Below, in pieces: positions 1 to 12,868 of a stretch of DNA of 64,000 nucleotides. The position numbers were made by a program, and so were the translations under genes. Each line of letters starts with the position of its first letter. Positions within the stretch are counted from its first letter, which is position 1. The notes beneath the pieces were generated by a model that worked only from the letters and a program-made list of their open reading frames with translations, was not told the origin of the DNA and searched no databases. Where the stretch lies: contig OX597823.1 in the NCBI GenBank assembly GCA_951406725.2, forward strand, positions 51,274,001 through 51,338,000, given 5' to 3'. The DNA comes from Octopus vulgaris (Eukaryota).

Positions 1-393
1 CATTCTGTTTGGTGGCGGTCTTTGGAAGTTTAAGGCAAGCGCTGGAGACGTTATGACCCTAGGCCTAAGAAGCTATTCAACCTGGTGCTGGATACCTGAG
101 ACTACTGAGTACAGTAAACTGATTATTTCTGTGTAATGACTCTGATTTAGAGGAAGAGATAAAATCCAACGGCAAATTGGATATAAAAAAGTGGTAGTCA
201 CCGGCTGCGTGTAAGATGATGGCATGTAAAGTAAAATTGTACAGGAAGAGCGCATGAAGAATAAATGTACATTTGTACAAGAGAAAGGTTACATAGATGA
301 GTAGATTTTTTTGAAAGCCGTAAACAATTCTAAGTTTTTTTCTGTTTTCTTTCTCCATCTGAATGTTAAATTTCAATTACTTATGAAGTATAT

Positions 394-658
394 AAAAATA
401 AAATAAATGCGCTCTTTTAAAGCCCAACTAGGCTCATGGGCCCTGTTTCCCGGTTTCTATGGCGTATGTGTTCCCCAGCTGGACGGGACGGCAGTCCATC
501 GCAGCGTTACTCATTTTTGCCAGCTGAGTGGACTAAAGCAACGTGAAATGAAGTGTTTTGCTCAAGAACACAACGCATCGCCCGGTACAGGAATCGAAAC
601 CACAATCTTACGATCATGGTGCTGACACCCTAACCACTAAGCCACGCGCCTCCACTTC
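394..658 (-). mobile_element. tRNA-derived SINE, family C, full length
   Basis: Minus-strand head GGAGGCGCGTGGCTTAGTGGTTAGG (A box) and GTTTCGATTCC (B box). Body TGTGTTCTTGAGCAAAACACTTCATTTCACGTTGC, then a (TTTTA)n tail. 12-bp TSD TATGAAGTATAT at 382-393 and 659-670. Confidence 0.9.
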
Positions 659-758
659 TATGAAGTATATGCGTTCCCTATTTCGTATATCACACCCCGC
701 ACCAGAAGAATTTGAACTTAACAATGAATGCTATAGTATACTTTATAAATCTCATATA

Positions 759-990
759 TATTTCTTTACTACCCACAAGGGGCTAAACATAGAGGGGACA
801 AACAAAGACAGACAAAGGGATTAAGTCGATTACATCGACCCCAGTGCGAAACTGGTACTTTATTTATCGACCCCGAAAGGATGAAAGACAAAGTCAACCT
901 CGGCGGAATTCGAACTCAGAACGTAACGACAGACGAAATACCGCTAAGCATTTCGCCCTGCGCGCTAACGTTTCTGCCAGCTCGCCGCCT
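759..990 (-). mobile_element. tRNA-related SINE, family A, full length
   Basis: Head AAGGCGGCGAGCTGGCAGAAACGTTAGC, B-box-like GAGTTCGAATTCC, core CTTTCATCCTTTCGGGGTCGATAAA. 17-bp TSD TTTATAAATCTCATATA at 742-758 and 991-1007. Many copies in the window. Confidence 0.9.
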
Positions 991-1009
991 TTTATAAATC
1001 TCATATAGT

Positions 1010-1362
1010 TTAGGCTTGGCTGTGTGTTAAGAAGTTTGCTTCTCATCTACATGATTTCGAGTTCAGTGTAACTGCATGACACCTTAAACAAATATTTTCT
1101 GTTATAGCCACGAACCGACCAATGCCTTTTGAGTGGATGTGGCAGGTGGAAACTAAAAGAAGCTTGTCGTGTGTGTGTGTGTCTTTATGCCTGTGTTTGA
1201 CCCCCATCCCCACAACGTAGCGGTTCAGTAAAAGGGTCCGATAGACTAAGTACCAGGCTTGAAAAAAAAAAGTACTGGGCTCGATTCGTTCGGCTAAAAT
1301 TCTTCAAGGCGGTGCTCTAGCATGGCCGCAGTCTAATGACTGAAACAAGTGAAAGATAAAAA
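1010..1362 (+). mobile_element. tRNA-derived SINE, family B (diverged)
   Basis: TGGCTGTGTGTTAAG head, GAGTTCAGT, internal (GT)n, tail AAGGCGGTGCTCTAGCATGGCCGCAGTCTAATGACTGAAACAAG. Confidence 0.85.
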
Positions 1363-2127
1363 CTAAAAAGTGATGTATTTGTGATCTGAATTGCCTATTT
1401 GCAACTAGGTGGGCGGTATTATTTGAAAATCTTCGATCTACTTGTCTTGGCTACCAAGCAGTACCAGTATCAAAATGCGAACCGCTAGCGGCTAGGCTAT
1501 CTTTACTTCACTTTTACTGAGTAAATATTTAAATGTGTAATGTTGATATGATTGAAATTCATATGTCCCACAGGTGATTAAAAAACACAGCAGAATTAAC
1601 CATCATTGCTCAACTGCCGATTATGTAGAAACTTGCTCTCTTTATTGGTTAATCTTAAACAAGTAATATCGTGAATAAAACCAAAATGCTGTGATCAAGA
1701 TATTCAATTACTAGAATTTTACGTCCGTCTGTTTTTCTTTTTCTTCTATATAAAATGAATACCTTAATTCCGTCAATGTAAAGACGGACGAAACGTCGCT
1801 AAGTATTTTGCCCGGCATGCTAACGGTTTTGCCAGTTCGCTTCCTTAATCACAACTAATATTCAGTTGTAAAAACAAGAGGGATCGGAAGCTCTTGCAAA
1901 TTGATTCTATGAGGCGTTTTAAACCTCAATGTGAAAGACAGTCCATTCCATATGTATTGCAACTTAAATTTTATTCACATTCTTTAAAACATAAAACCTT
2001 AATGCGTGCTCTTGTGGTTACTAATATGTCTGTCAAATTGAGTTTTAGATACAGCTTTATACATTTGCAACTGAATTTACGAAAGGATGAGTGGATTTTG
2101 TAGATGGAAACTGAAAGAAGTCCCTCC

Positions 2128-2166
<39 letters not shown>

Positions 2167-2169
<3 letters not shown>

Positions 2170-2259
2170 ATCCAAACAAAAAAACCAAAAAGACAACAAC
2201 GCAAGGATGTGGAACAAATAAATTATTATTGGACGCTCAGGAAAGAAGGGAAGAAGGAG

Positions 2260-2262
<3 letters not shown>
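2167..2262 (-). mobile_element. 3' tail of a TA-inserted mini-element inside a broken SINE B (2080-2378)
   Basis: Bounded by (TA)n on both sides. Minus strand TTCCTGAGCGTCCAATAATA...TTTGTTTGGATTAAC resembles the tails at 12478-12556 and 34785-34862. Confidence 0.6.
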
Positions 2263-2319
<57 letters not shown>

Positions 2320-2389
2320 CTGCAAGGCGATGCTCCAGCATGGCCGCAGTCTAATGACTGAAGCAAGTAAAACATAAAAAAATATATTC

Positions 2390-2780
2390 ACAGGTGTGGC
2401 TGTGTGGTAAGTAGCTTCCTTACCAACCACATGGTTCCGGGTTCAGTCCCACTGCGAGGCACCTTGGGCAAGTGCCTTCTACTATAACCTCAGGCCGACC
2501 AAAGCCTTGTGAGTGGATTTGGTAGACGGAAACTGAAAGAAGCCCGTCGTATATGTATGTATATATATATATATTTGTATGTGTGTGTATGTGCTTGTCC
2601 CTCCAACATCTCTTGACAACCGATGCTGGTGTGTGTACGACCCCGTAACTTAGCGGTTCGGCAAGAGAGCCCGATAGAATAAGTACTAGGCTTACAAAGA
2701 ATAAGTCTTGGGGTCGATTTCTTCCACTAAAGGCGGTGCTCCAGCATGGTCGCAGTCAAATGACTAAAGCAATAAAAGAA
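2390..2780 (+). mobile_element. SINE family B, near full length
   Basis: GGTGTGGCTGTGTGGTAAG, GGGTTCAGTCCC, CACCTTGGGCAAGTG, internal TA/TG tract, tail GGCGGTGCTCCAGCATGG. Confidence 0.9.
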
Positions 2781-3559
2781 TACCTGTAAATAACATGAAA
2801 TTCACAGCTCTCATATTCTTCTTTGTGTGACTTCCTTATTTTATGTTAATTTTATTGAATTTTATTTTTTTATAAATGCGTACAATTATTTACTTTGTAC
2901 TACATTTACCTCGTAGACTGAATTTCTGTATTCTACCATTGTTATCTATATTATCCCTCACTGAAAATGGCTTTTCTTGGATCAAATTAGATATTACCAA
3001 GTCAATGACACAGAAAAGAATTAAACATGTTATAATTCATTACTCGAACCATTAAGCACCTTATTTTATTTTATTTTCAGAAATATGCCGCCATTTTATC
3101 TGCAATATGCTGTTAAAGATAAATGTTTCGAATTGAATGGAAATAATTCTATCAGATGACGTATCGAATATAGCCTGGTTTAGTTGTTTTTTGCAGATTC
3201 TTACTGAAATTGCATTATGCTTAAGTGTACCAGTAGTATACTAGCATTTATTCAGTTACATCACTGCTTTTGTAAACAGTGGCCTTGTACAAGTAAAACG
3301 AAGTCGATTTTGCATCACGCTCAGAATGCCAAGAAGAAGACTTAAATATTATTGCCTGATAAGTTTCTAAATATTTTTCATTATAAAATTAGTTCTTGCA
3401 AAATTAAGTCTTTTCATTAACATTTAATAATTCTTCAAGTACTAAATGCAAGGTATAGAGTCAGATGCAAAAATCATTACGGTGATTTCAAATCCATGAA
3501 AATTTCTGTGTTCAATCGAAACTGGTGTACCCCATTGAGACATAACCTTTTCTGCTATA

Positions 3560-3752
3560 AACACAATATCTGATATTAGGTAGGGGTGGGGTGGGGGTTA
3601 ATCGTTTATATTGAACCCAGGGCTCAACCAGTACTTACTTTGTTGACCCGAAAGAATGAAAACAAAGTCGACCTTGGCGGAATTTGAACTTACAACGTGA
3701 ACGAAATGCCGCTGAGCATTTTGTCCGGCGTGCTAACCATTCTGCTAGCTCA
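3560..3752 (-). mobile_element. SINE family A (diverged)
   Basis: AAAGTCGACCTTGGCGGAATTTGAACT and GGCGTGCTAACCATTCTGCTAGCTC match the copy at 759-990. Confidence 0.8.
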
Positions 3753-4899
3753 GCTAATACCTCATAAAGACAATACCTTAATGAAATCTGTAAACTTTGC
3801 TAAATATCACGCCACCCTCTCTAGATATATATTATGCTAAGGCAACCATCTTCCTTTCACAGTATAATTTGATTGAATTATTGCTTCATTTTAAATTTAA
3901 AATGTTATCATTTTAAATACAATTGCTTGAAGTTGTAGGGGATCTGTAGATTAAAAAATAAAAACAAAAACAAAACAAAGGCAATCGGCTGATCTCAGTT
4001 AAAAGAATTAAAGCTCACTCGGTTAATAATGTGCTTCTGCTCTTAGATTAGTGACACAAGTCTCAAGAGGATATGGAAACCTCGGCAAACAAAAGCATGT
4101 GATTGCTAAATCCGATGCAGGTCTCTTTAGTTGCACAGTGAATTGATAGCCACTATAAAAACCAGCTACAAGTTTTCTCTATTACACCTCGTGGATAGAA
4201 ATAGCAGGTTTTTCATCAATGAATTAGAGAATGCAGTAAAATGCAGTTTCTCAAAAGATCAGATCAATTTAGCCAAAATACGATATGCACCAATGCTATC
4301 TCTAACAATGTAATTTAGAAACCGTTGTTTATAACTATCTGCTGTTAAAGCAATCGTGCTGACAGACCGACTGAATAATCTATAAAATTGCAAGTGGTAC
4401 GGATGTGATCTATTTTTTTTCCTTCTTTAGTTCGGCAAAACTTCTTTCCATGTCGCACTTCAAAGGCGTCTATTTTTATAAGTGCTTGTGAAATGGACGT
4501 ACGCTTTCCTACTAACCCGTGTATTTGATGTAGACGATCCCCTGTGGGACATGCATTAAACAGTTGCCTCTGTTCACATTTCCACTAATGTGAGCAGACC
4601 CTTGTGTGAAGTGGGAAAATTGCAATGAATGTATTACAGAGGTAGATGAAAAGAAAAGAAAATAGATTGATCTTTTCTCTAACTCCAGCCGAGGAACAAA
4701 TGTGGACTTTTGTTACAGGAAACTATTCATGGTTGTGCCGGACAATAGATGGACATGCGAAGTAGTAGACAAAACAACAGTAAAATAAATTTCTAGCAAT
4801 GAGAAATAATGGTCAAAAGATACTATAGTATATTACTTTATATCTGTGCATACCTTCCTCAATTCATGATTAGTGTCAGGGAAAAACAGATACGGAGAT

Positions 4900-6130
4900 T
4901 CTAATAACAAATATACAATAGATTAATAATAAATATCCAAACTAAAACACGTTTTACGTTGAGTTGATGTGAAAATGCATGATAGGTTGATTGACAATTC
5001 CAAACTCTTGGAAGATATCCTTCTGAAAACAACCACGTGATAGCAAGAATTGAATTAAGCTCTCTTTTATTTAATACGAGCGTCCTACTACAGATGATTA
5101 GCACTCTTGTTTTCAGAGATTAAAACTGGTATATGCATCTGTTTGTGAGTAACAACTCTTCGCTGGAGATCTATAATATTATTCTGCTACGGCCTACGTA
5201 TCTAATGTCTGGAACGAAATCGAAGACATAAATCTATTATCGACATATTTATTCTTAAGATTAATTGACTGATAAACTATAGGATGAATTCGTTGACATT
5301 GTTTTATGGACAAACCATTATTTACATTATATTATTTATATTATTCATAAGGGGAAAATAAATATATTGAATCAAGTATAATACGCCTTTCTTTTAGAGT
5401 CCGTAACTTCCTGGTGCAGCTACTCTATTTCATCCACTGCAGTTGTGAGTTCAAGTTCAGCCAGATGCGGACATAAACACACCGACACTGGTTGGTTTTC
5501 AAGTGGTGATAGTGGGTGGGTGGGGAAACAATAACACATACACACACTCGTATATATACACGACGAGCTTCTATCAGATTCTGTTCGCCAAATCCACTCA
5601 CAAGATTTTCGCTATAGTAGAATACACTAGCCCAAGTACCACGTAGTGGGAGTGAACCTGGAACCATGTTGTTGAGAAACAAACCTCTTACCACGCAGAC
5701 ACTCCATGCTGTGTGGCACAAATACATTAGTATATATTAGCGGAATATCAACAATGTTTCTAAAGTGAACATTTGAGTAATTTTCAAAGGTATCAACTAT
5801 ATTAACCCCAAAGTAATATAAGAAAATGAATAAAAGGGAACACAGTAATTTGTCAAGAACATGGCCTAAGAATACGATCCATTTTGGAGATATTATTTTT
5901 ACATCAGCTGAAGTAAAATATTCTTACTGCCAGTAAACACATAGAAATGTAATATGGACATTGATTCGCTAACGCGCAATGTGGCAAAGTATGTTTCGTT
6001 ATAGGTAATTTACTTTGAACAGTAACCCTTTCATTAAAGCACAGTGTTCTGTTAGCATTATTCTTGAACAAGAAAATAAAAAGACAATTTCCTGAACAGT
6101 ATTGTGGAACATCCGGTGTATAATGATACT
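4900..6130 (-). mobile_element. Ancient non-LTR retrotransposon (RT C-terminal) relic, interrupted by a SINE B
   Basis: Minus-strand FSEGYLPRVWNCQ resembles the LINE-terminal FS..RV...WN.LP motif. LCSLLFIF near 5830-5850 resembles LGPLLF. Very degenerate. Confidence 0.35.
5425..5712 (-). mobile_element. SINE family B (diverged)
   Basis: CCAAATCCACTCACAAG, CCCAAGTACCACGTAGTGGG and GGAACCATG match the reverse complement of SINE B. Confidence 0.8.
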
Positions 6131-6659
6131 CAAACAGAAGCAGACTTGTAGTTTATGGCTTCAAAATTTCGCCAGGTGTTTTACATCTCCCAAAGACATG
6201 CTTCCTCTATTTTATTTTCGTTATTTTATCACATTTAAGATTTCGTTATGAAATTATATTCAATGCCAGAAAATAAAATTCTATTATTATACAATCATTT
6301 CTCAAAAGTGAGCGCTTCTATTTCCGTTTTAGCTTTCTTGGCTGGAGTGAATTACATAATAAATCGAGTAAAAGTGCGATGTTGTACACGACAGACAAAG
6401 TGTACCGTTGATGAAAAGTATTTGACGAGGAAATCTAACGACAATAATTTGATTAACTGAAAGAACTGTTCTCGAAACCTTGCATTAATTGAAAGTTCAC
6501 TAACCAATTAACTGGAACTTATTCTAGTAAATATTTTCCAAACTAAAAACATTTCGTCCGCATGTAACCGACAAAATTGTCTATTAAGTAGGTTATGGAG
6601 ATTTGTAACTTGTGCACTCGCTGCTGATTCACTCTTGAAAGCCACACACATACAGAGCT

Positions 6660-6660
<1 letters not shown>

Positions 6661-6746
<86 letters not shown>

Positions 6747-6780
6747 CGTATCTAGCTGTCTGTCTGTCTATCTATCTATC
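6661..6780. repeat. (TATC)n microsatellite
   Basis: Read directly. Confidence 0.95.
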
Positions 6781-7085
6781 CATCTGTTTACCTAATATAG
6801 TTGAAACAATTCTCAATATTCGCTTCATAACAATATATCGCTTTCTACCAATGAAAGAAATGAAGATTAGTTTAAACTAAAAATAGTAGAAACGAGTAGG
6901 CAGTTGACAAAACACTGAGTATTTAATTTCGTTTTACCAATTCCTGATTCCACCATTATTCTGCCATCATCATTAATTTCACTTTTCCGATTTCATAAAT
7001 GTTGCCCTTGTAATATACTGGATGTATTGATGTCATATTTTACAGCTTTTACAGCAATTATGAATGCAGAGAATATGTAAATATA

Positions 7086-7088
<3 letters not shown>

Positions 7089-7136
<48 letters not shown>

Positions 7137-7600
7137 CATATATATTACTCTCTTTACTTGTTACAGCCATGCTGGAGCACCGCCTTTAGTCGAGCAAATC
7201 GACCCCAGGACTTACTCTTTGTAAGCCTAGTACTTATTCTACACACACACACACACATATATATATACATACATACATACATATATATATATATGTATAT
7301 ATATGTATATATATATGCATATATATATACATATACATGCATACATATATATATGCATATATATGTATATATATGCATACAGACATGGACACAAACACAC
7401 ACACACACACACACATGTATATATACATATATGTATATACGCATAGACATATATACTTATATATACTGAGACATTCTTGCATTTGCACACTCACACAGAC
7501 AAACACGCATACACGCCCACACAGATATACGCACACACACACACACACCCACACACACACACACATATATATATATATGCTTATATATATGCATATAAAA
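7089..7600. repeat. Compound (TA)n/(CA)n tract containing a SINE B 3' fragment (7146-7240, minus)
   Basis: Read directly. GCCATGCTGGAGCACCGCCTTTAGTCGAGCAAATCGACCCC is the SINE B tail in reverse. Confidence 0.9.
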
Positions 7601-8213
7601 ATCGATATTTTGATGTCCGTATTGTGTACTGTGTGTACATGTTTGTGTGTCGGTCTATGGTGACTTTAATGTTTATACTTACGTTGAAGTGTTTCACTTT
7701 CTGGTAATGACAAAACTGAATATAAATCTAGAAATATTGTTAAAAATGTTTACCCCTTCCAGCGAGGCGGAAATGTGATATGAAATCATGTAATCATATA
7801 TATATATATATATATATAACAACGAGGAAGCCTTAAGACATGTAGAAACAGCACGCAAATAAAGGAACTATATGCTATTGCCTTAGATAGTCGCTCACAA
7901 AATATTCAACTTCGTATGTATGTCTATGAATTGATAATAATGTATTATTAGTTTTATCTTTGTTTCTGTCGGTCTCTGTCTCTCTATCTCTCTTTTGCTC
8001 TCTCTCTCTCTCTTTTGCTCTCTCTCTCTCTCTCTCTCTCTCTCTTTATTAGCTCACGAACATACAAATGCACAGAAACATACGCTGGCGCACATCCCAA
8101 TGCACAGGCAAACACATACATCCATACGCATGCATCCATACACATGCGCACGCATCTATTCACATAATTGTTTGCTAACACACGCACCGGTCGGTTTCTC
8201 TGTCTTCCACGCA

Positions 8214-8250
<37 letters not shown>

Positions 8251-8667
8251 TCATCTCTCTTGCTCTCTCAATAACTCTCCCTCTCTCTCTCTCTCTCCAC
8301 GTGACTGTGTTTCTCTTTGTGCATGAAATCAAATACATGCGCACGTGCGGACACACTGTTGTCCAAGCGCGAGCGTGATCTGTTCGAGGTACATGCATAC
8401 ATATATGCATGCTTACGTATGTATATATGCATGCATGTATGCACACACGCACACACATACACAAGCGCGCACACACACACACCAATATACACAGAAATAC
8501 AGACATATACATAAATATATAGATATCTAAATATACGCTAATAATTAGACAAATTTTTCGGTATACATTTTTGTATCTATATGTCTGCCTTGTTACACGT
8601 AGTTACTATACGATATATAAATATAACAAAGTAAAGTTGTAAGGTACCTCACGTCGGGAAATATATA

Positions 8668-8973
8668 TGAAAGAAGGTTCGAAAATGCAATTTTAAAGAT
8701 GTTCATTGACTTGACCGGTTTTACTTTTTTAGGAAAAATATTGTCAAAAGTAAAATGTAAAGCTTTGTATAAACTTTGTTGTGTTAAATATTGGTTACCA
8801 CAAAAGTATTATAACTGTATTTTTGCATTTTAATACTTTTGTGATAACCAGTGCTCAACACAACAAAGCTTATATAAAGTTTTACATTTTACTTTTGACA
8901 ATCTTTTTCTAAAAATGTGAAAACGGTCAAATCAATAAACATCTTTAAAATTGCATTTTCAAACCTTCTTTCA
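8668..8973. mobile_element. About 306-bp foldback element between TA repeats, each arm with a hammerhead-like motif
   Basis: The left half TGAAAGAAGGTTCGAAAATGCAATTTTAAAGATG... is the reverse complement of the right half ...CATCTTTAAAATTGCATTTTCAAACCTTCTTTCA, centred near 8820. Another terminal fragment lies at 12582-12612. Confidence 0.85.
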
Positions 8974-9412
8974 TATATATATATAATACCTCCTACAAGG
9001 ATGTCAGCTTCAATTAACTATATTCATTATGAATCTCTAATTTAATCTTTGTAATTTGAATTAATTGGGCATGGAAACGATCGCATGATCTCGCAGGTGT
9101 GTTACTTCTGCTAGATATTAATGTATTGTAATCTCTCTCCATATCACCTATTGCGGTTTAATATTTAAGATTTCGACGACTCCTCCGTGGTGTTGTTATG
9201 TATTTTTGATAAAATATATATATACAAATTTAAAAAATAATAATAGTAAAATATACATTACAGTATTGTTTCTACTTTGCGGATTTTCCCCTATCGTAGG
9301 AGACTGGGGAACGTAACACCCGCGATAATCAAGGGATTACTGTATATACACACAAACACACACACATATACACACATATATATATATATGTGTGTGTGTG
9401 TTTATGTAGATA

Positions 9413-9791
9413 TACTTGCGTCAGAAATTAATTAGCACTTCTCAAATTTCTACATTAAATAGGTTAAATCAATTAACCTATGAGCTGTTCAAAACGTCTT
9501 ACGCGATGAAAAAACTTAGTATGGTGTGATTTCGGTCCTTGCGAGGCGCTACCTATATCTATTAAACAAAGGAAGTTTGTCTGCATCCGCACTCCAAGTT
9601 GTTGTTGCACTGCTATGTCAACATCATAAGGCTGTAGACTCTCAAACTGCTCTGCAAACAAAGTTACGTCATCGTTCTGCGCAACAGTGAACTCGCAACA
9701 AAGCAATAGTTCGAGATATGGCCACTAGGTGACAGCACATACCTTGAGTGAAGAGCAAATCAAGGGTGCTAATTAATTTCTGACGGTAGTG
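9413..9791. mobile_element. Tc1/mariner-type MITE
   Basis: Terminal inverted repeats CGTCAGAAATTTAATTAGCAC and GTGCTAATTAATTTCTGACGGTAGTG, with TA at both ends and a non-coding interior. Confidence 0.8.
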
Positions 9792-9850
9792 TATATATAT
9801 ATATATACACACACACATATATCCTATATATGTATGTATGTATGTATGTA

Positions 9851-9883
<33 letters not shown>

Positions 9884-9884
9884 T

Positions 9885-10169
9885 TAAAAGGAGAATTCAG
9901 GTAGATTCAACAATTTAGAATAATAATACATATACTCAGTCATAAAACCGGTGTATGCTGCACACCTGGAGAAGTACGTTGCGTCGAAACAATTGTAGTG
10001 ATTAAAAGACTTACTCTTTGTAAGCCTAGTACTTATTCTACACACACACACACATATATATATATACATACACACATATATCTATATATGTATGTAAGTA
10101 TGTATATATATGTATGTAGTGTATATATATATATATACACACACACATATATCTATATATGTATGTATG

Positions 10170-10217
<48 letters not shown>

Positions 10218-10386
10218 AAAGGAGAATTCAGGTAGATTCAACAATTTAGAATAATAATACATATACTCAGTCATAAAACCGGTGTATGCTGCACACCTGG
10301 AGAAGTACGTTGCGCCGAAACAATTGTAGTGATTAAAAGATAAACGTTCAGTTATACCCCTTCTTGTTGACTCCAGCTTTTTCAAT
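9885..10386 (+). mobile_element. Tandemly duplicated TA-inserted mini-element with a hammerhead-like motif (9885-10009 and 10214-10386)
   Basis: Near-identical copies. Motif cac-CTGGAGA...GAAACAATTGTA-gtg at 9963-10000 and 10294-10331. Confidence 0.7.
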
Positions 10387-10469
10387 TATATATATATGTA
10401 TATGAATATAATGGTTCGCATATGCATATATATACACATACATATACACAAACTTACACACACAGAGAT

Positions 10470-10685
10470 ATAATGTTCGTTTATAATGTTTGTTAGATTT
10501 TAAACTTCTAGCTTTAAGCTCACTTAAATCATTTATTTATATATTTGTAGCATTGTTAAACAAAGGAATTTTCGAAACCGGTTTGGTATTTTAATAAATC
10601 TATTGCAAAATTGATAAATGACTCCATGTTATGAGAGTCAGGTGCATTTTCAAGCCCGAAAGCAAATTCTCCCTTTTTCTTCCCA
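10470..10685 (+). mobile_element. TA-terminated mini-element with a degenerate hammerhead motif
   Basis: tagca-TTGTTAA...GAAACCGGTT-tggta (10548-10588), then AATAAA and a pyrimidine tail running into (TA)n. Confidence 0.5.
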
Positions 10686-11689
10686 TATATATATATATTC
10701 GATTAGGTAAACGGAAGTTGGAAATAGTATAACTTTTTATACCACTTCCATCTGCTGTTTACCTAATCGATTATTATCTCAACCGACACTCCGGAATTCC
10801 TGAAGTAGATCTAAAGGAAATATACCCCAAATGCGGATGGCAACACTAAACAAACTGAATGTTTTCACACCTTTTTATCATAAGAGAGATTTTTCTCCAC
10901 GGTAACTACAGTGTATTTGCCTTTAGCAGTTGAACTATATTACAAATATATTTCAACTAGCCTAAATTCTGCTCATATATATCTATATATATGACCTCTC
11001 CACCTGAATGGCACATCATGGATCTATGCAGCTAACGAAGAAATGGAAGCCTGGTTATTTACTCAAGACATTCAGATCTCTCCGCATTTATCAACAAGGG
11101 ATCCTCTCACGGACTTTTGGTTATTTTGTTTTTAATTCATAGTAGAGCGCTTTGAGAGAAGAGTCAGCTGCTTCTTATGGAAAGATTTGGGATTTCTAGG
11201 GCATCTTGTGCATAAATAAATATTGTTTAATTAAGGACGAGGATAATAAAGTAGAAACTGCTAATTCTGATATCATTTACAGTGACAAGTCACTTACTGA
11301 GTACTGTATGTGCAAATTCTCAATGCTAGGGAAGACATATGCTGATCGATCAACTAATCATGAAACGGCTCATCAGGGAGGTCCCCCACCTTCCCCCATT
11401 TCTGTAAATCATAAAGGGGATGTATTTACATTCTTCTACTTAATTTATTAAATTGTAATTATAGTAATATATAATTAATTTGACAGCGACGGCTTTCTAA
11501 AATGCAAAGTTTTAATTCAATAGGTTTCATACGCGCCCTGTTGTGCATATATACATACACACTCACATATATGTATGATGGATGTATGTGTGTGCGTATA
11601 TAAGCATATATATATATATATATGTATATATATATGTATGCATGTATGCATGTATATGTATATATATATATATATATATATGTATGCAT

Positions 11690-12010
11690 ATAAACTGGTA
11701 CACTGTCGGTTACGACGATGAATGTTCCAGTTGATACGATCAATTTAACGGCTTTCTCGTGAATTTAACGTGCAAGCGACTGAGCAATACACAGACACAT
11801 GTACCCTTAACGTAGATCTCGGGGAGATTCAGCAATGCAGGGAACGTGACAAGCTGGCCCTTTGAAATATAGGTACAGCTCATTTTTGCCAGCTGTGAGG
11901 ACTGGAGCAACATGAAATAAAGTGAATTGCGCAAGGGCGCAATTGGCCTTCTGGGATCGAACTTATGACTTTCCAATCGCGTGTCGTATACCGTAAACAC
12001 AAAGCCTACA
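11690..12010 (-). mobile_element. SINE family C, long-tail variant
   Basis: CTCATTTTTGCCAGCTG and GGAGCAACATGAAATAAAGTG are shared with 394-658. The tail is shared with 46699-46804. Confidence 0.8.
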
Positions 12011-12132
12011 CTTATATGTACATCTGCATAAAACATGTAAATAATCATCGACACATAACCAACGTTGAATCACTGGCATATGTTCATATTCAGATATACA
12101 TGTTCATAAAAAAGAGAGGTAAACATTCAGCC

Positions 12133-12326
12133 GCAGGCGCAGGCGCAGGTGTAGGCCTGGCTATGTGGTAAAGATGTTGCTTCCCAAGCACATGGTTTCG
12201 TATCAGTTCCACTGCATGTCACCTTTAGCATGTGTCATCTACTATAGTCTTGGGTCGACCAAAGGCTTGTGTGTAAATTTGGTAGACGGAAACTGAATTA
12301 AACCCGTCGTATATATATACATAAAA

Positions 12327-12362
<36 letters not shown>

Positions 12363-12555
12363 CATTTACTATGCTAGATCGCTAGCCACTACACATTCTT
12401 TATTTTCTCTCCTTGCTTCTTTTTGTGTTCCTTTCTGTGGAAGAGCGTAGGCTCGAAACGTTGAAGACTTTTTCACTTCCCGAGCGTTGTTCTAATACAT
12501 TTGTTTGATGTCTACACCACTTGTCTTCGTCTTTTGTTTTTCTGTGAATTCTCCT

Positions 12556-12586
<31 letters not shown>

Positions 12587-12868
12587 GAAGGTTTGAAAAT
12601 GCAATTTTAAAAGGTGTTATACACACACATATATACATATATATATGTGTGTATGTATATAATTGTGTGTGTGTCTTTGTGACTGTATTTGTCCAACATC
12701 ACCGCCTGATAACCGGTTTTGTAGTGTTTACTTCCCCGTAACCGAGTGGTTCGGCAAAAGCGACCGACAGAATAAGTACTTGGCTTAAAAAATAAGTCCC
12801 GGGGTCGATTCGTTCGGCTAAAACCTTTCAAGGCGGTGCTCCAGCATGACCGAAACAAGTAAAAGAAT
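12133..12868 (+). mobile_element. SINE family B split by inserts in its internal microsatellite
   Basis: Head and body at 12133-12310, tail at 12665-12868. The region between holds TA/CA tracts and two mini-element pieces. Confidence 0.85.
12362..12557 (+). mobile_element. TA-inserted hammerhead mini-element (GAAACGTH family)
   Basis: cttt-CTGTGGA-a-gagc[gtag]gctc-GAAA-cg-TT-gaag at 12431-12466. Relatives at 34670-34862, 30117-30242, 19161-19265 (minus) and 2167-2262 (minus). Confidence 0.75.

Noticed and set aside
570-655. tRNA-like sequences (also 17445-17520 and 47400-47470, loosely tRNA-Met-like)
   Set aside because: They are SINE heads continuous with the SINE body, and I could not fold a complete cloverleaf.
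3061-3200. Strong plus-strand splice acceptors and a YY1-like CGCCATTTT
   Set aside because: All downstream frames close quickly and there is no paired donor. Such motifs are common in AT-rich DNA.
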